Shown in pieces: positions 52,530 through 61,255 of a DNA stretch of 64,000 nucleotides. Numbering within the stretch: position 1 is the first letter of the stretch; the number at the start of each line of letters is the position of its first letter. This stretch comes from a virus (lineage: Duplodnaviria; Heunggongvirae; Uroviricota; Caudoviricetes). The notes under the pieces were generated by a model. That model made no database searches. It saw only the letters and a program-made list of their open reading frames with translations, and was not told where the DNA came from. The translations under genes were made by a program, and so were the position numbers. Location: IMG/VR virus record IMGVR_UViG_3300050120_000279; one strand, written 5' to 3'.

Positions 52530-53503
52530 TGGCAGCTCTGCTCTTCGTCAACAAGATCGAAGTCGATACGATCACGGATGCAGAGATGCGTTCGGCGAAC
52601 ACTCCATGGGCGATGGCAACCGGAACCAACATGCGACTGTGGATTCAGGTAGCCAATAATCCTGCCTTCTATCAGGTTCCTCCAGATGCTGACCTGGTAG
52701 GAGACCCGGCCACCGGTGGGCTAGTCGAGATCACTATCCTGCTTGATATCGATAAGGCTTCCAAGTATGTACAGGAAGGTCTTCTTCCTTTGTCCGTCAT
52801 GCGAGCCTGGGGTATGGATCCAACGGATTCTTTCTCCTATAAGGAACCAAAGAAAGCTCTGACCGAAGAAGAGATTGATGCACTCTCTATTGAGTCGACC
52901 TATGGCTTCGGCATTCTTACTGAAGCTCAGTCGATCGAGGTAGCCAAGAACATCAAGATCCCACAAGGATTTGAGTTGCCTCTGAGTGGTGTCGCCTGGG
53001 AAGCAAAGAAGCGCGTCCTGGAAGTAAAGAAGTTTACCAACCAGATCATCAGTTCCATTTCTAAGGAACAGCTTCAGATTGGATTCAATACAGCAAAGTC
53101 TGCCTCTGAAGGCATCACGATGACGGTTATTGGTCTGCCTCTGCGTGCAAACCCGATGCAGACTCTACAGGAGCTCTACTTGGAAACGCCTTCAGGTGGT
53201 CAGATCACCCTTCAAATGCTCATGGATGCGTATACGGCTGCTACGGTAAAGCCCGACCAGGCCGTTGCCCCTTACATCGATGAGATGACTGGGCTTGAAG
53301 TCGGCAAGATGGTCAAAGGCCCCAAGATGGGCGCATCGACCAAACCTGGCCCTGTTGCCCAGGCCGGGATAGACCTGGCTGCAGTTGATATGGCTAAACG
53401 TCTGAAGAACTTTGCTGATGAAGAAGCTGGTCGACAGGCAGCAGCTTTGGCTCAGGCACTTATGGATGTCAGGCTGGATCCATTCGCAGCACGAGAGGTC
53501 TAA
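52529..53503 (+). CDS. hypothetical protein
   Basis: 324 aa, TAATG overlap. Confidence 0.4.
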   Translation: MAALLFVNKIEVDTITDAEMRSANTPWAMATGTNMRLWIQVANNPAFYQVPPDADLVGDPATGGLVEITILLDIDKASKYVQEGLLPLSVMRAWGMDPTDSFSYKEPKKALTEEEIDALSIESTYGFGILTEAQSIEVAKNIKIPQGFELPLSGVAWEAKKRVLEVKKFTNQIISSISKEQLQIGFNTAKSASEGITMTVIGLPLRANPMQTLQELYLETPSGGQITLQMLMDAYTAATVKPDQAVAPYIDEMTGLEVGKMVKGPKMGASTKPGPVAQAGIDLAAVDMAKRLKNFADEEAGRQAAALAQALMDVRLDPFAAREV

Positions 53504-53703
53504 TGAACATTCAAGATGGCAAGAAGAAGCGTATGCCTGGCTCGCCGATCCTGGCGCCGAAGGGTAATGTCAAGGGCATTGGTCCCATGGGCATTTACAC
53601 TGGTGGCCTCGATCCCACCGTGGTCAAGCCTACACCTGGCATCGGTCCTCGGCGTATGGCGCCTGTGATCCTGCGCGGCGCGCCGGGCGGGCGGCTCAAG
53701 TAA
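53503..53703 (+). CDS. small Gly/Pro-rich protein
   Basis: 66 aa, TAATG overlap. Confidence 0.3.
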   Translation: MNIQDGKKKRMPGSPILAPKGNVKGIGPMGIYTGGLDPTVVKPTPGIGPRRMAPVILRGAPGGRLK

Positions 53704-54140
53704 TGGCGCAAGATCCCACCTGGTACGTCCCCGTTTGCGATCGCCTCTTGCAGAAGATTCAGCACTGGTACCAGGTCTATGACCGCGGTGTTGAGTCTGC
53801 TTCGCGCAAGTGGATCACCATGAACGCCCGGATCGTTGATCGGGTAACCATGTACGCCCACAACCTGAAGTTCAAGACTCAGGAGATCGATCATTTGGTC
53901 CGGCTTCTTGATGCACTGTCACCCCACCCGGAGCTGACCGCTGATTTCAAACTGGTTCGAGCTGCTATGCAGCGCGGCCGGCTCTACCCCGGTGGCGAGT
54001 ACGAGGTCACACTCAACTTCTACAAGCAGGATGTCGTGGACATTCTCAACGTGCTCATTCGCGCCAAGACCGGTCAACTCAAGACCGTTGAACAGCTTGC
54101 GAAGGAACAGGCAGCATCTGGAAAGGGCATGTTCGAATAA
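53703..54140 (+). CDS. hypothetical protein
   Basis: 145 aa, TAATG overlap. Confidence 0.4.
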   Translation: MAQDPTWYVPVCDRLLQKIQHWYQVYDRGVESASRKWITMNARIVDRVTMYAHNLKFKTQEIDHLVRLLDALSPHPELTADFKLVRAAMQRGRLYPGGEYEVTLNFYKQDVVDILNVLIRAKTGQLKTVEQLAKEQAASGKGMFE

Positions 54141-54709
54141 TGGCAAAGACAGCCAAGAAGAAGGCAGCATTCCTGGGAGTCGAGGCCGATCTTGTGGTCG
54201 GTCTCGACCTCAGCCTGGAGTCCCCAGGCTGGGCCCTCTGGAACAAGTTGACTGGTCTGTATGACAGTGGGTTCATCGACGTCAAGAAGCTGAAGATCGA
54301 TGGTATGCCACGGCTCCGGTTGATCCGGACCTACCTCATCGAGATCCTGGCCAAGGTGAACAAGCCCGACGATAAGATCGTGGTGTTCATTGAGGGCTAT
54401 GCCTTCGCTGCCAAGGGCAGGGGAGTCATCTCCCTGGGCGAACTCGGAGGAGTCATTCGTCTGCACATCACGGACAATGGTGGCAAGTTCTTCGAGATCC
54501 CTCCGTCGAGCCTGAAGAAGTTCATCATGGGCAAGGGCACTGGCGACAAGGCGGTCATGCTCAAGGATCTCTACAAGCGCTACGGCCATGACATCAACCA
54601 GAATGACGAGGGTGATGCGGTCTGTCTAGTCGAGCTGGGCCGAGCTTGTCTAGGCATTCCATCTAAGCCTTTGGTTCAGTTCCAGCAAGAGGTATTGTCA
54701 GCACTATGA
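54140..54709 (+). CDS. RuvC-like Holliday junction resolvase
   Basis: VVGLDLSLESPGWAL (first catalytic Asp), FIEGYAF (Glu), NDEGDAVCL (Asp pair) in RuvC order. Confidence 0.6.
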   Translation: MAKTAKKKAAFLGVEADLVVGLDLSLESPGWALWNKLTGLYDSGFIDVKKLKIDGMPRLRLIRTYLIEILAKVNKPDDKIVVFIEGYAFAAKGRGVISLGELGGVIRLHITDNGGKFFEIPPSSLKKFIMGKGTGDKAVMLKDLYKRYGHDINQNDEGDAVCLVELGRACLGIPSKPLVQFQQEVLSAL

Positions 54710-54900
54710 GTACACCAGTCGTCGAAGCAGAAGTCGAACGCATCTCTCATCTGCCGATGACCGTTGAAGTCATCAAGGCTCTTATCTCTGCTGACCCAGA
54801 AGTCAAGAAAGCTATGGCCTACAAGCTGGCCCTGGCTATCCCTCAACTTGAGGACTATCTGGGAACCTTGAAAGCAGCGTTCCAGATCGCTAACTCCTAA
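54706..54900 (+). CDS. hypothetical protein
   Basis: 64 aa ORF. Confidence 0.3.
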   Translation: MSTPVVEAEVERISHLPMTVEVIKALISADPEVKKAMAYKLALAIPQLEDYLGTLKAAFQIANS

Positions 54901-54917
54901 CCTTTCCGATCAACAAG

Positions 54918-56090
54918 ATGCAGCCGCCGTGTGGGGACACGAGGCCATCCCAGTTGCTCCGAAACTACTACCTATCGTCGTCCCATTACGCTTCAAAGTG
55001 GAAAGTGCGCGAAGTATCTGATCGCCACGACCGCGAGCTCATCAATGAGAAGGCCTACGAGTTCGCTACGACGAAGAACCCTGTGCTGCGTGAAGCTCTG
55101 CAGCTGGAAGTCCTCGAAGCATTCCACGCCTATCTCATCAAGTACTTCAACCTGATCGTCTTCGGCGATGTGCCGGCGCTCACCGGGCCGCAAGGCAAGG
55201 ATGCCCAGGCATTCCTGAAGCTGCTCATGCCCAAGGGAACGAAGAAGCCCACGCTTGCTGACCTTCAGAAGTCAGCGAAGCATCTGCACTTGGCCTTCAA
55301 GAACTGCATCACCTCGGATGAAGTCTACGACACCCTGGTTGCTGTGTTCCTGGACGTCGCTGCGCACTACGATCCGCACTACACGAAGAAGACGGAGGAG
55401 GTCTGCAATTTCATTGAGAAGCAACCGTCAGACGCCGTCATCAAGATCGATGAGTTCGGATCAGCTGTGGATTTCGATCCTCTTGGTTGCATCCGCGTTC
55501 TCGTCCGTCATAACTATCTTCAGTCCGTTTCGGGAGCGCGTAAAAAGGTTCTCGGTTATCAACGGGGGGAGAATTGGCCGCCCGCAAAGTCCTTCTTCGA
55601 AGCGGGACCGGTGGGTTTTACATACTTCCTCACGAAGTGGTTCCGTTATTACCTCCAGGCACACATTCAGACCCAGATGGGGCAGATTGAGTCGAAGGAG
55701 CACGTTATGCAGCTTGATCACATCGAGTCCAGTAACGTCGATGATGACGGGTGGAACATTGGCGGGCTCCCTCACGCGGATGGCAACTGGGTCGACCAGC
55801 GGGGTGTGCGTTGGGCGGCTGATCTATCGATGCTTGAGCATTGGAAGACGCTTGACGTCTCGCTGATCAATGATGCCTGGGTCAAGTCGACTGATGACCA
55901 CCTATTCAAGACCCTCACCCGTGAGGAGCGCTACCTGCTCCAGCTCGTATTCGTGAAGGAGCTCAACTGGACAGAGATTGCTGTCATCTTCGATAAGCGA
56001 TCGGAAACTGTCCGGGCCAAATTCGACGAGGTCATGGAATTCCTCGTTGTCCGCGGCAAGGAACGCCCCTGGCTAGCGACTGCCGCCTAA
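54918..56090 (+). CDS. sigma-70-family-like transcription factor (candidate phage sigma factor)
   Basis: C-terminal LTREERYLLQLVFVKELNWTEIAVIFDKRSETVRAKFDEVMEFL resembles sigma region 4 HTH. Confidence 0.45.
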   Translation: MQPPCGDTRPSQLLRNYYLSSSHYASKWKVREVSDRHDRELINEKAYEFATTKNPVLREALQLEVLEAFHAYLIKYFNLIVFGDVPALTGPQGKDAQAFLKLLMPKGTKKPTLADLQKSAKHLHLAFKNCITSDEVYDTLVAVFLDVAAHYDPHYTKKTEEVCNFIEKQPSDAVIKIDEFGSAVDFDPLGCIRVLVRHNYLQSVSGARKKVLGYQRGENWPPAKSFFEAGPVGFTYFLTKWFRYYLQAHIQTQMGQIESKEHVMQLDHIESSNVDDDGWNIGGLPHADGNWVDQRGVRWAADLSMLEHWKTLDVSLINDAWVKSTDDHLFKTLTREERYLLQLVFVKELNWTEIAVIFDKRSETVRAKFDEVMEFLVVRGKERPWLATAA

Positions 56091-56114
56091 ATCACCTACT
56101 GTGCAAGTAACAAA

Positions 56115-56141
56115 GCCCTGGGCCTCGTATAGGTCCGGGGC
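56115..56141 (+). terminator. hairpin terminator GCCCTGGGCCT-CGTAT-AGGTCCGGGGC followed by TTCGTCTGTATT
   Basis: 11-bp stem (two GU) 25 nt after the stop at 56090; marks the end of the plus-strand phage block. Confidence 0.4.
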
Positions 56142-56377
56142 TTCGTCTGTATTGAGAGCCGACTGCTCTGCTCTGAGTATCCCCTCTCTGTCTATTTCTC
56201 TTTCTTTCTCCCTATCTCCCTGATCTCAACTAGACAGTTTAGTTCTCTATACAGTTCACTATCCTTTCTCAGGACGTCCGGTCTTCAACGGAAAAGACTG
56301 AACATCAATGGATGAGTTTATAAACTTGCACTTGCCTTTGGTAAACAGGTGTGGCACTATACAGACCGAGGTGATCT

Positions 56378-56818
56378 GTGAGTCCACTAACAGGAATGAG
56401 AGCCGCTCTCCAGGAAGAGCTAAAGGGAATCGATAACACTTTGGAGCATATGGCCGCCAAGAGAACAGCGATCCTGAACCTGCTTGAGCTGTACGGCGTG
56501 CAAGATGAGAAGGTCCGAGCGACTGGAGCAAAGGCGACAGCGGCGCGGATCAAAAGTGTAGGGCCGGGTTCTCTGGATATGGCGCGCGTCGTCATTCGCA
56601 ACGCCGGCCGGCCGCTTAAGACGCTCGGTATTCGGGAGGCCATCGTAAAAACGTATGGCGTGGAACCCGCGAAGACACTAGAGAATATGCTCTGGAGGCA
56701 CTGCCGTAAAGAGGGTGGCCTGTTCTTCAAAGAAGAAGACGGAAGTATCGGAGTACGAGAAATGCAAGCTAAAGTGGTGACTGTAAGGGGTTTAGGTAAC
56801 CAGTCACAAGTTGCATAG
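56378..56818 (+). CDS. hypothetical protein
   Basis: 146 aa ORF (GTG; alternative ATG at 56396) preceded by a TTGCCT-n17-CACTAT promoter-like sequence. Confidence 0.35.
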   Translation: MSPLTGMRAALQEELKGIDNTLEHMAAKRTAILNLLELYGVQDEKVRATGAKATAARIKSVGPGSLDMARVVIRNAGRPLKTLGIREAIVKTYGVEPAKTLENMLWRHCRKEGGLFFKEEDGSIGVREMQAKVVTVRGLGNQSQVA

Positions 56819-57055
56819 TACCCAAAAGCGAAGATTATACGAACACGATACAAAGCGATCCACAGGGTAGAAATTACTCACCTGTGGGTCGTTTGTTCTT
56901 TGATCTATTTGTTTGCAATGACTTACCGATTTAGTCTAAGGGAAATACTTTCCCAATCTGTGTAATCACCCACTTGCATTTGGGTGGTTACTAAGCGTAG
57001 TGTTCGATGAGTAACACCCAAGGACAGCTTTTACCCCGAGAAAAGACCCCCGCAC

Positions 57056-57700
57056 ATGTATGCAATTCTGGCCGACGACGAACTGATGCTCCGTGAACTA
57101 CTCTCTGCTTCTCTAACGCATGCCTTCAAATTCGACATGCTCACGACCAATAATGCCGGCGACGCTGTCGAGCTGACCCGTAAGTACAATCCCGTTCTCG
57201 TGATCATGGACATGATGATGTCAGGCATGGGAACCTTCGATGCGATCGCCGAGATTCGACGCATGGCGCCGTACACCAAGGTCATGATTCTGAGTGGCCG
57301 AGCAGATGTTGACCTGTTGATTCGATCCCGGGCAGTCAAAGCGCACGGGTACTGCCTGAAGGGGGATCTGCCCGACGAGATCCACTACGCTGTCAAGACG
57401 GTGATGCGCGGTGGCATCTATATGCCGCCCTCGCTCTCCACCCACCTCCTCGATCCAGCCAGGGAAGGGCGCTCCGCTATTGACGCGCTCACTCCGAAAG
57501 AGCGATCGGCGCTAGGGCTTCTGGCCCAGGGCAAGACGATGAAGGAAGTGGCCTTCGTCATGCGGATCTCGGTCAAGACGGCTGAAACTCACCGAAACAA
57601 TCTGGGCCGCAAGCTCAATCACCCCACCAAGGCGCAGCTCATCTCGTTCGCAATCCAACACAAGCTGATCAGCCATTCCGATCTGGCAATCAGCGCCTGA
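57056..57700 (+). CDS. response regulator, REC domain plus LuxR/NarL-type HTH
   Basis: Receiver residues DD (LADDE), D (VIMDMM), S (ILSG), K (CLKGD); C-terminal LTPKERSALGLLAQGKTMKEVAFVMRISVKTAETHRNNLGRKL. Confidence 0.8.
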   Translation: MYAILADDELMLRELLSASLTHAFKFDMLTTNNAGDAVELTRKYNPVLVIMDMMMSGMGTFDAIAEIRRMAPYTKVMILSGRADVDLLIRSRAVKAHGYCLKGDLPDEIHYAVKTVMRGGIYMPPSLSTHLLDPAREGRSAIDALTPKERSALGLLAQGKTMKEVAFVMRISVKTAETHRNNLGRKLNHPTKAQLISFAIQHKLISHSDLAISA

Positions 57701-57741
57701 TATAGTTTCATCTGCTCCACTTTCCCAGGTCTACCAGTACC

Positions 57742-57778
57742 GTCATGCGGAGATTACCTCCCCTAATCTCCGCATGAC
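57742..57778. promoter_or_regulatory. perfect 14-bp inverted repeat GTCATGCGGAGATT-n9-AATCTCCGCATGAC
   Basis: Read directly; lies between the response regulator stop and the recombinase-like fragment. Confidence 0.45.
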
Positions 57779-57793
57779 CAACAAGGAGTAAGC

Positions 57794-57985
57794 ATGGCAC
57801 CCAAGGAAGAATGGACACCGGAATCCGTTGCTCGAATTCTCATGAACCCACGCTACTGCTTGAGCAATCCACCGGTCGTTCCCGAGGACGTCTGGATCAA
57901 GGCCAATGCCCGCACCATCGAGGACATCGGGGCAGAGGCATATCTCACCAGGCTCCTCAGCATTCTCAGGCCTGACTATACATAA
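57794..57985 (+). pseudogene. short ORF resembling the recombinase domain of large serine recombinases (possible remnant)
   Basis: WTPESVARILMNPRYC resembles the W..S.V..IL.NP.Y.G motif of the serine-recombinase Recombinase domain; only 63 aa. Confidence 0.25.
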
Positions 57986-58197
57986 TCACCGTTATCAGAC
58001 GTTCAGTAAGTCGCATATCATGAATGAGTTAGTCTCAAAGTCTTATGTGATACGTCAAGTTTATCTGCAAGAAAACGTGACCTATTCTTCTTGCTGAGCT
58101 TAAGAAGAAACCTCCTACTTTATCTTAAGAGGATGGGCTCCTGCGCCGCCGGCGGGATTGAGAAATACTACCTCACTTTATCTAAATGTAATGGGTC

Positions 58198-58235
58198 ATA
58201 TCCTGCACACAAGTAGCTGATATTGTGCAGGATAT
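58198..58235. repeat. 12-bp perfect inverted repeat ATATCCTGCACA-n14-TGTGCAGGATAT within a 500-bp AT-rich non-coding region
   Basis: Read directly; region 57986..58480 has no convincing ORF. Confidence 0.45.
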
Positions 58236-58367
58236 TTCTCGTTACTACCGGTCCTGCAAGGATGGCATTACACTGGGACCAGGCGTACACAACTGCTGCT
58301 GAGATCCGGGGGTTGCAAGTGGGCTCGCAGACGGAGTTCCAACCGAGGTTGCCCTGAAAAGCAACAA

Positions 58368-58389
58368 GGCCCTGGGTAGCACCAGGGCC
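58368..58389 (-). terminator. hairpin GGCCCTGG-n6-CCAGGGCC; on the minus strand it is followed by TTGTTGCTTTTCAG (terminator for the RHH gene transcript)
   Basis: 8-bp GC stem, U-rich tract on minus-strand reading. Confidence 0.4.
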
Positions 58390-58576
58390 TCTATCTCAGT
58401 TGTGTAGGAGTAGAAAGAATGCTGAAGCTAAGCAGTAGCATTCGTGTCCACCTTGTGATCCAGACTCGTCTGCGCTGGATTGCCGCCTTGGTTTACTGGT
58501 TCCTTCACCAGTAGGCCAGCTGCAACCCACCTGGCTGTTAGCAGCAGCCGGGTGGTTCTTCTACAGAATACGCCCC

Positions 58577-58900
58577 CTACTCCTCCAGATCAACTTCTTT
58601 CGCGGCCGCTGTCAGCTCCGGCGGAGACAGAAGGACCGGCAGCACCCGGGCCAGCGCTTCGTTCGCGATCGATGCCATCGTCACTCCATGTTTCTTGGCA
58701 GCCTTCTTGAGCTGGCGATGCAGGCTCACGGGCAGCCGCATGGGCCAGGAGACGAGGATGGGCCTCTTCCGGGTGATTTCCCTGTCCCGGATCTGCAAGG
58801 TCGCCAGGAGCTCCACAGCGAAGCTGGCGTTCACCTGGTCCGAATCGGTCGACGTGAGTTTGAAGTTAGCGCTTTCCATGCCATGCAGCATACCAGACAT
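58577..58900 (-). CDS. ribbon-helix-helix (CopG/Arc/ParG-like) DNA-binding protein
   Basis: C-terminal RLPVSLHRQLKKAAKKHGVTMASIANEALARVL has the beta-strand plus two-helix RHH layout. Confidence 0.5.
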   Translation of the reverse strand: MSGMLHGMESANFKLTSTDSDQVNASFAVELLATLQIRDREITRKRPILVSWPMRLPVSLHRQLKKAAKKHGVTMASIANEALARVLPVLLSPPELTAAAKEVDLEE

Positions 58901-58910
58901 TTGGCTAAAG

Positions 58911-59017
58911 TTATAGCGGAGAGTTATAGCGCCAAGGCTCCATTATAGGACGTTCTGGTTTCGAAACGCACGTCCTTCCTATGAGAGGGACCTGGCGCTA
59001 TAACGCGCAGCTATAAC
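58911..59017. promoter_or_regulatory. symmetric operator array: two direct TTATAGCG boxes (58911, 58924), a central imperfect palindrome ATAGGACGT...ACGTCCT..CTAT, and two inverted CGCTATAA/GCTATAAC boxes (58996, 59010)
   Basis: Read directly; positioned immediately upstream of the minus-strand RHH gene start at 58900. Confidence 0.45.
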
Positions 59018-59167
59018 TTTGTGTGTGGTAACTGCCCTGTTATCAACATTCAGGGCGCAGCCGATACTAGTCTCTCGATAAAGACAATACGAGAAGAACT
59101 AAAAGCAAAGACAACTACTAGAGGTCGTGTAAGCAACCTGAATGCAACAGGTTAGAAGCTTTTTGGC

Positions 59168-59270
59168 TTGCCAGTATGCGTGCAAGGGTTTGCCAGTATG
59201 CGTGGACCGGCTTGCTGGTATGCGTGCCAATCGCAAATCACCAATGAATTGAGGCTTGCTGGTATGCGTG
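59168..59270. repeat. iteron array: four copies of 15-bp TTGC[CT][AG]GTATGCGTG at 59168, 59190, 59212, 59256 (22-bp phasing)
   Basis: Read directly; directly downstream of (minus-strand) repA, typical plasmid oriV iteron arrangement. Confidence 0.6.
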
Positions 59271-59274
59271 GAGC

Positions 59275-60207
59275 TCAGGCCTCAAGACGAAACTCACGAG
59301 GCTTGGAGAGCACGGAGGGTCGCGTCAGTCGAAACTCGACGCTCTTCCCTACTTCTGTGAACTCCACAGCGGGGTATGCCTTCTGGACCTGGCGGAGAGC
59401 CTGGAGGAAATTGGTCCGGAAGTTCTTCATGAGGCCGACGTCCGGGCCGAACTGCAGCTTCAGTCCGATCCAAGTGATCCGGAGAATGCTCCGACCTTCC
59501 TTCTTCAGAATGAAAGCTTTGTATGTCAGCCAGACATAGATATCAACCGGAAGGCATGCCGGCCACAGAGACGCGATCGCGCGCAGATCGATCGGCACGG
59601 AGTGCTTCAGCAAGTCGTTGTAGAAGACCTCACCTAAAGTGATGGTTGAAGGTACGAGCAGAGTGTCAGTTGGGGTCGAGAACCGGGTTGGCCAAAGCAC
59701 GGCGCCGGAGGTGGCGATCTCAACCGATTGGAAGTTCATCACTTCCCCGCTCGGCACCTTATCGTTTGTCCAGTAGAGAATCCTGCTACCCAGAAGGCTG
59801 AACAAGGAGCGCTTGAACGGGGCGATGTTGCCCTTCTTGCCGCCGGAGTAGCTCTTGGCGCCGGAGATCTTCTGCATGAATTCGAACATGGAGCTACCCA
59901 GCGTGAGGGTACGGGATGCGTCCGGACTATTCTTCTTTCGTTGGACCTCGGCCGCGATCCAGGCAAGAATCCCACGAGGGTAAATACCATAGGGGACTCC
60001 GAGCATCGACGGGGTCTGAATGCTGAGATGGAATGGACCGCTATGCCGAACGTACTCATTCCCTTTGAATTGGTCGCGGGGCAGCGCGATCTGACACATG
60101 ATCTGGGGATAAAAGCCCATCGCCTTGGCAGCCAGGGTCTCTTCGTCCTCGATCTCCTTCAACGCCAGAGCCTGGCGGATGAGCCGTTGTTCTACATCCT
60201 TCCGCAT
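59275..60207 (-). CDS. plasmid replication initiator RepA-like protein (candidate, RPA-type)
   Basis: 310 aa ORF flanked by the iteron array and followed by partition genes; no catalytic motif identified by eye. Confidence 0.5.
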   Translation of the reverse strand: MRKDVEQRLIRQALALKEIEDEETLAAKAMGFYPQIMCQIALPRDQFKGNEYVRHSGPFHLSIQTPSMLGVPYGIYPRGILAWIAAEVQRKKNSPDASRTLTLGSSMFEFMQKISGAKSYSGGKKGNIAPFKRSLFSLLGSRILYWTNDKVPSGEVMNFQSVEIATSGAVLWPTRFSTPTDTLLVPSTITLGEVFYNDLLKHSVPIDLRAIASLWPACLPVDIYVWLTYKAFILKKEGRSILRITWIGLKLQFGPDVGLMKNFRTNFLQALRQVQKAYPAVEFTEVGKSVEFRLTRPSVLSKPREFRLEA

Positions 60208-60254
60208 CGTGACACTTTACCATGCAAGCGGTTGAGGCATACCATAAGTGAGTC

Positions 60255-60860
60255 ATGCCACCGCCTCGTACTTGGCTTCCGCGCATCGACGAGATTCTGA
60301 GTACCCTACGGGCCTCCACAGTCGAATTCTATGACCGCACGGGAGTTGAACGTCTATTTGAGGTTCAGAGACGTACCGCTATCCTGCTCATGAACGCAGC
60401 CGGCCCTCAGAAAACAGGGACCGGGTCAATGGTCCTGACTTCTAAGCTCATTATCTTCGTCGAAGATATCCAGGCTAACCATAGCCAAGATGTATCGCGT
60501 CGCGAGATAACTCTCAAGCATTTGGATGTCGCTTCGACTCACTGGAAGGGCGTGCGGGCTCAGGTCACCGACGCTTCCCTGCCCTCAACCTTTCCCGTTA
60601 CCGATGAGATCCGCAGCACGGTCTTCAGTGGATTGTCGAAGGACATCGAAATCAGAAGAGGTCGCATCACGATCCGCTTCGAACCAGACGATCCGCTAGA
60701 TGCCTGTACCAAGCTCTATGCGTTGAGTATGGCTTTGACGAATGACTTTGGTGGCTTCATCCATGCGCTCAAAGAAAAGGCAGCCTCCAAAGAGGCCACC
60801 ATAAACAATCTCCTCGAATCTCTGGAGAGTCAACGCAGTACACACTTACCTGAGGATTAG
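60255..60860 (+). CDS. hypothetical protein divergently transcribed from repA
   Basis: 201 aa ORF 48 bp from the repA start. Confidence 0.4.
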   Translation: MPPPRTWLPRIDEILSTLRASTVEFYDRTGVERLFEVQRRTAILLMNAAGPQKTGTGSMVLTSKLIIFVEDIQANHSQDVSRREITLKHLDVASTHWKGVRAQVTDASLPSTFPVTDEIRSTVFSGLSKDIEIRRGRITIRFEPDDPLDACTKLYALSMALTNDFGGFIHALKEKAASKEATINNLLESLESQRSTHLPED

Positions 60861-61255
60861 CGTACTCCGAAGTAGTGAACCAGGGCATCCTCGATAACCG
60901 CATCGCGAGTGATCTTCTTGTAACCTTTTGACTTCATCTCATAAACCTTGTCATTGATGAGCTTGTTGAGAGTCTGACGAATCGATTGTGAGATTCGTTC
61001 TTTCGGTTCATCTGGTGAGAATCTATTCTGCGCCAGAGCTTCGACGCTTGTGCCGTCATGCTCGACCTGGGTGTAAAGAACGGTGGTCTCTTCATGGACT
61101 GCCAGTTCAGTTGGGACCGGCGGGGACGAGCGCTGCACTTCCCTGCCCTGCGCAACCAGTTCAGGAGCTGGTCTGGTGACCATAGGTTCCTTGGGGATCA
61201 CGATCTCATCTTCCTCGACCGCGCCTAAGCTGAAACGGGAGTTGCCTTTAGACAT
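60857..61255 (-). CDS. ParG-like centromere-binding protein (C-terminal RHH) partner of ParA
   Basis: Immediately downstream of parA; C-terminal KITRDAVIEDALVHYFG RHH-like segment; N-terminal part disordered (alternative start at 61183). Confidence 0.4.
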   Translation of the reverse strand: MSKGNSRFSLGAVEEDEIVIPKEPMVTRPAPELVAQGREVQRSSPPVPTELAVHEETTVLYTQVEHDGTSVEALAQNRFSPDEPKERISQSIRQTLNKLINDKVYEMKSKGYKKITRDAVIEDALVHYFGVR

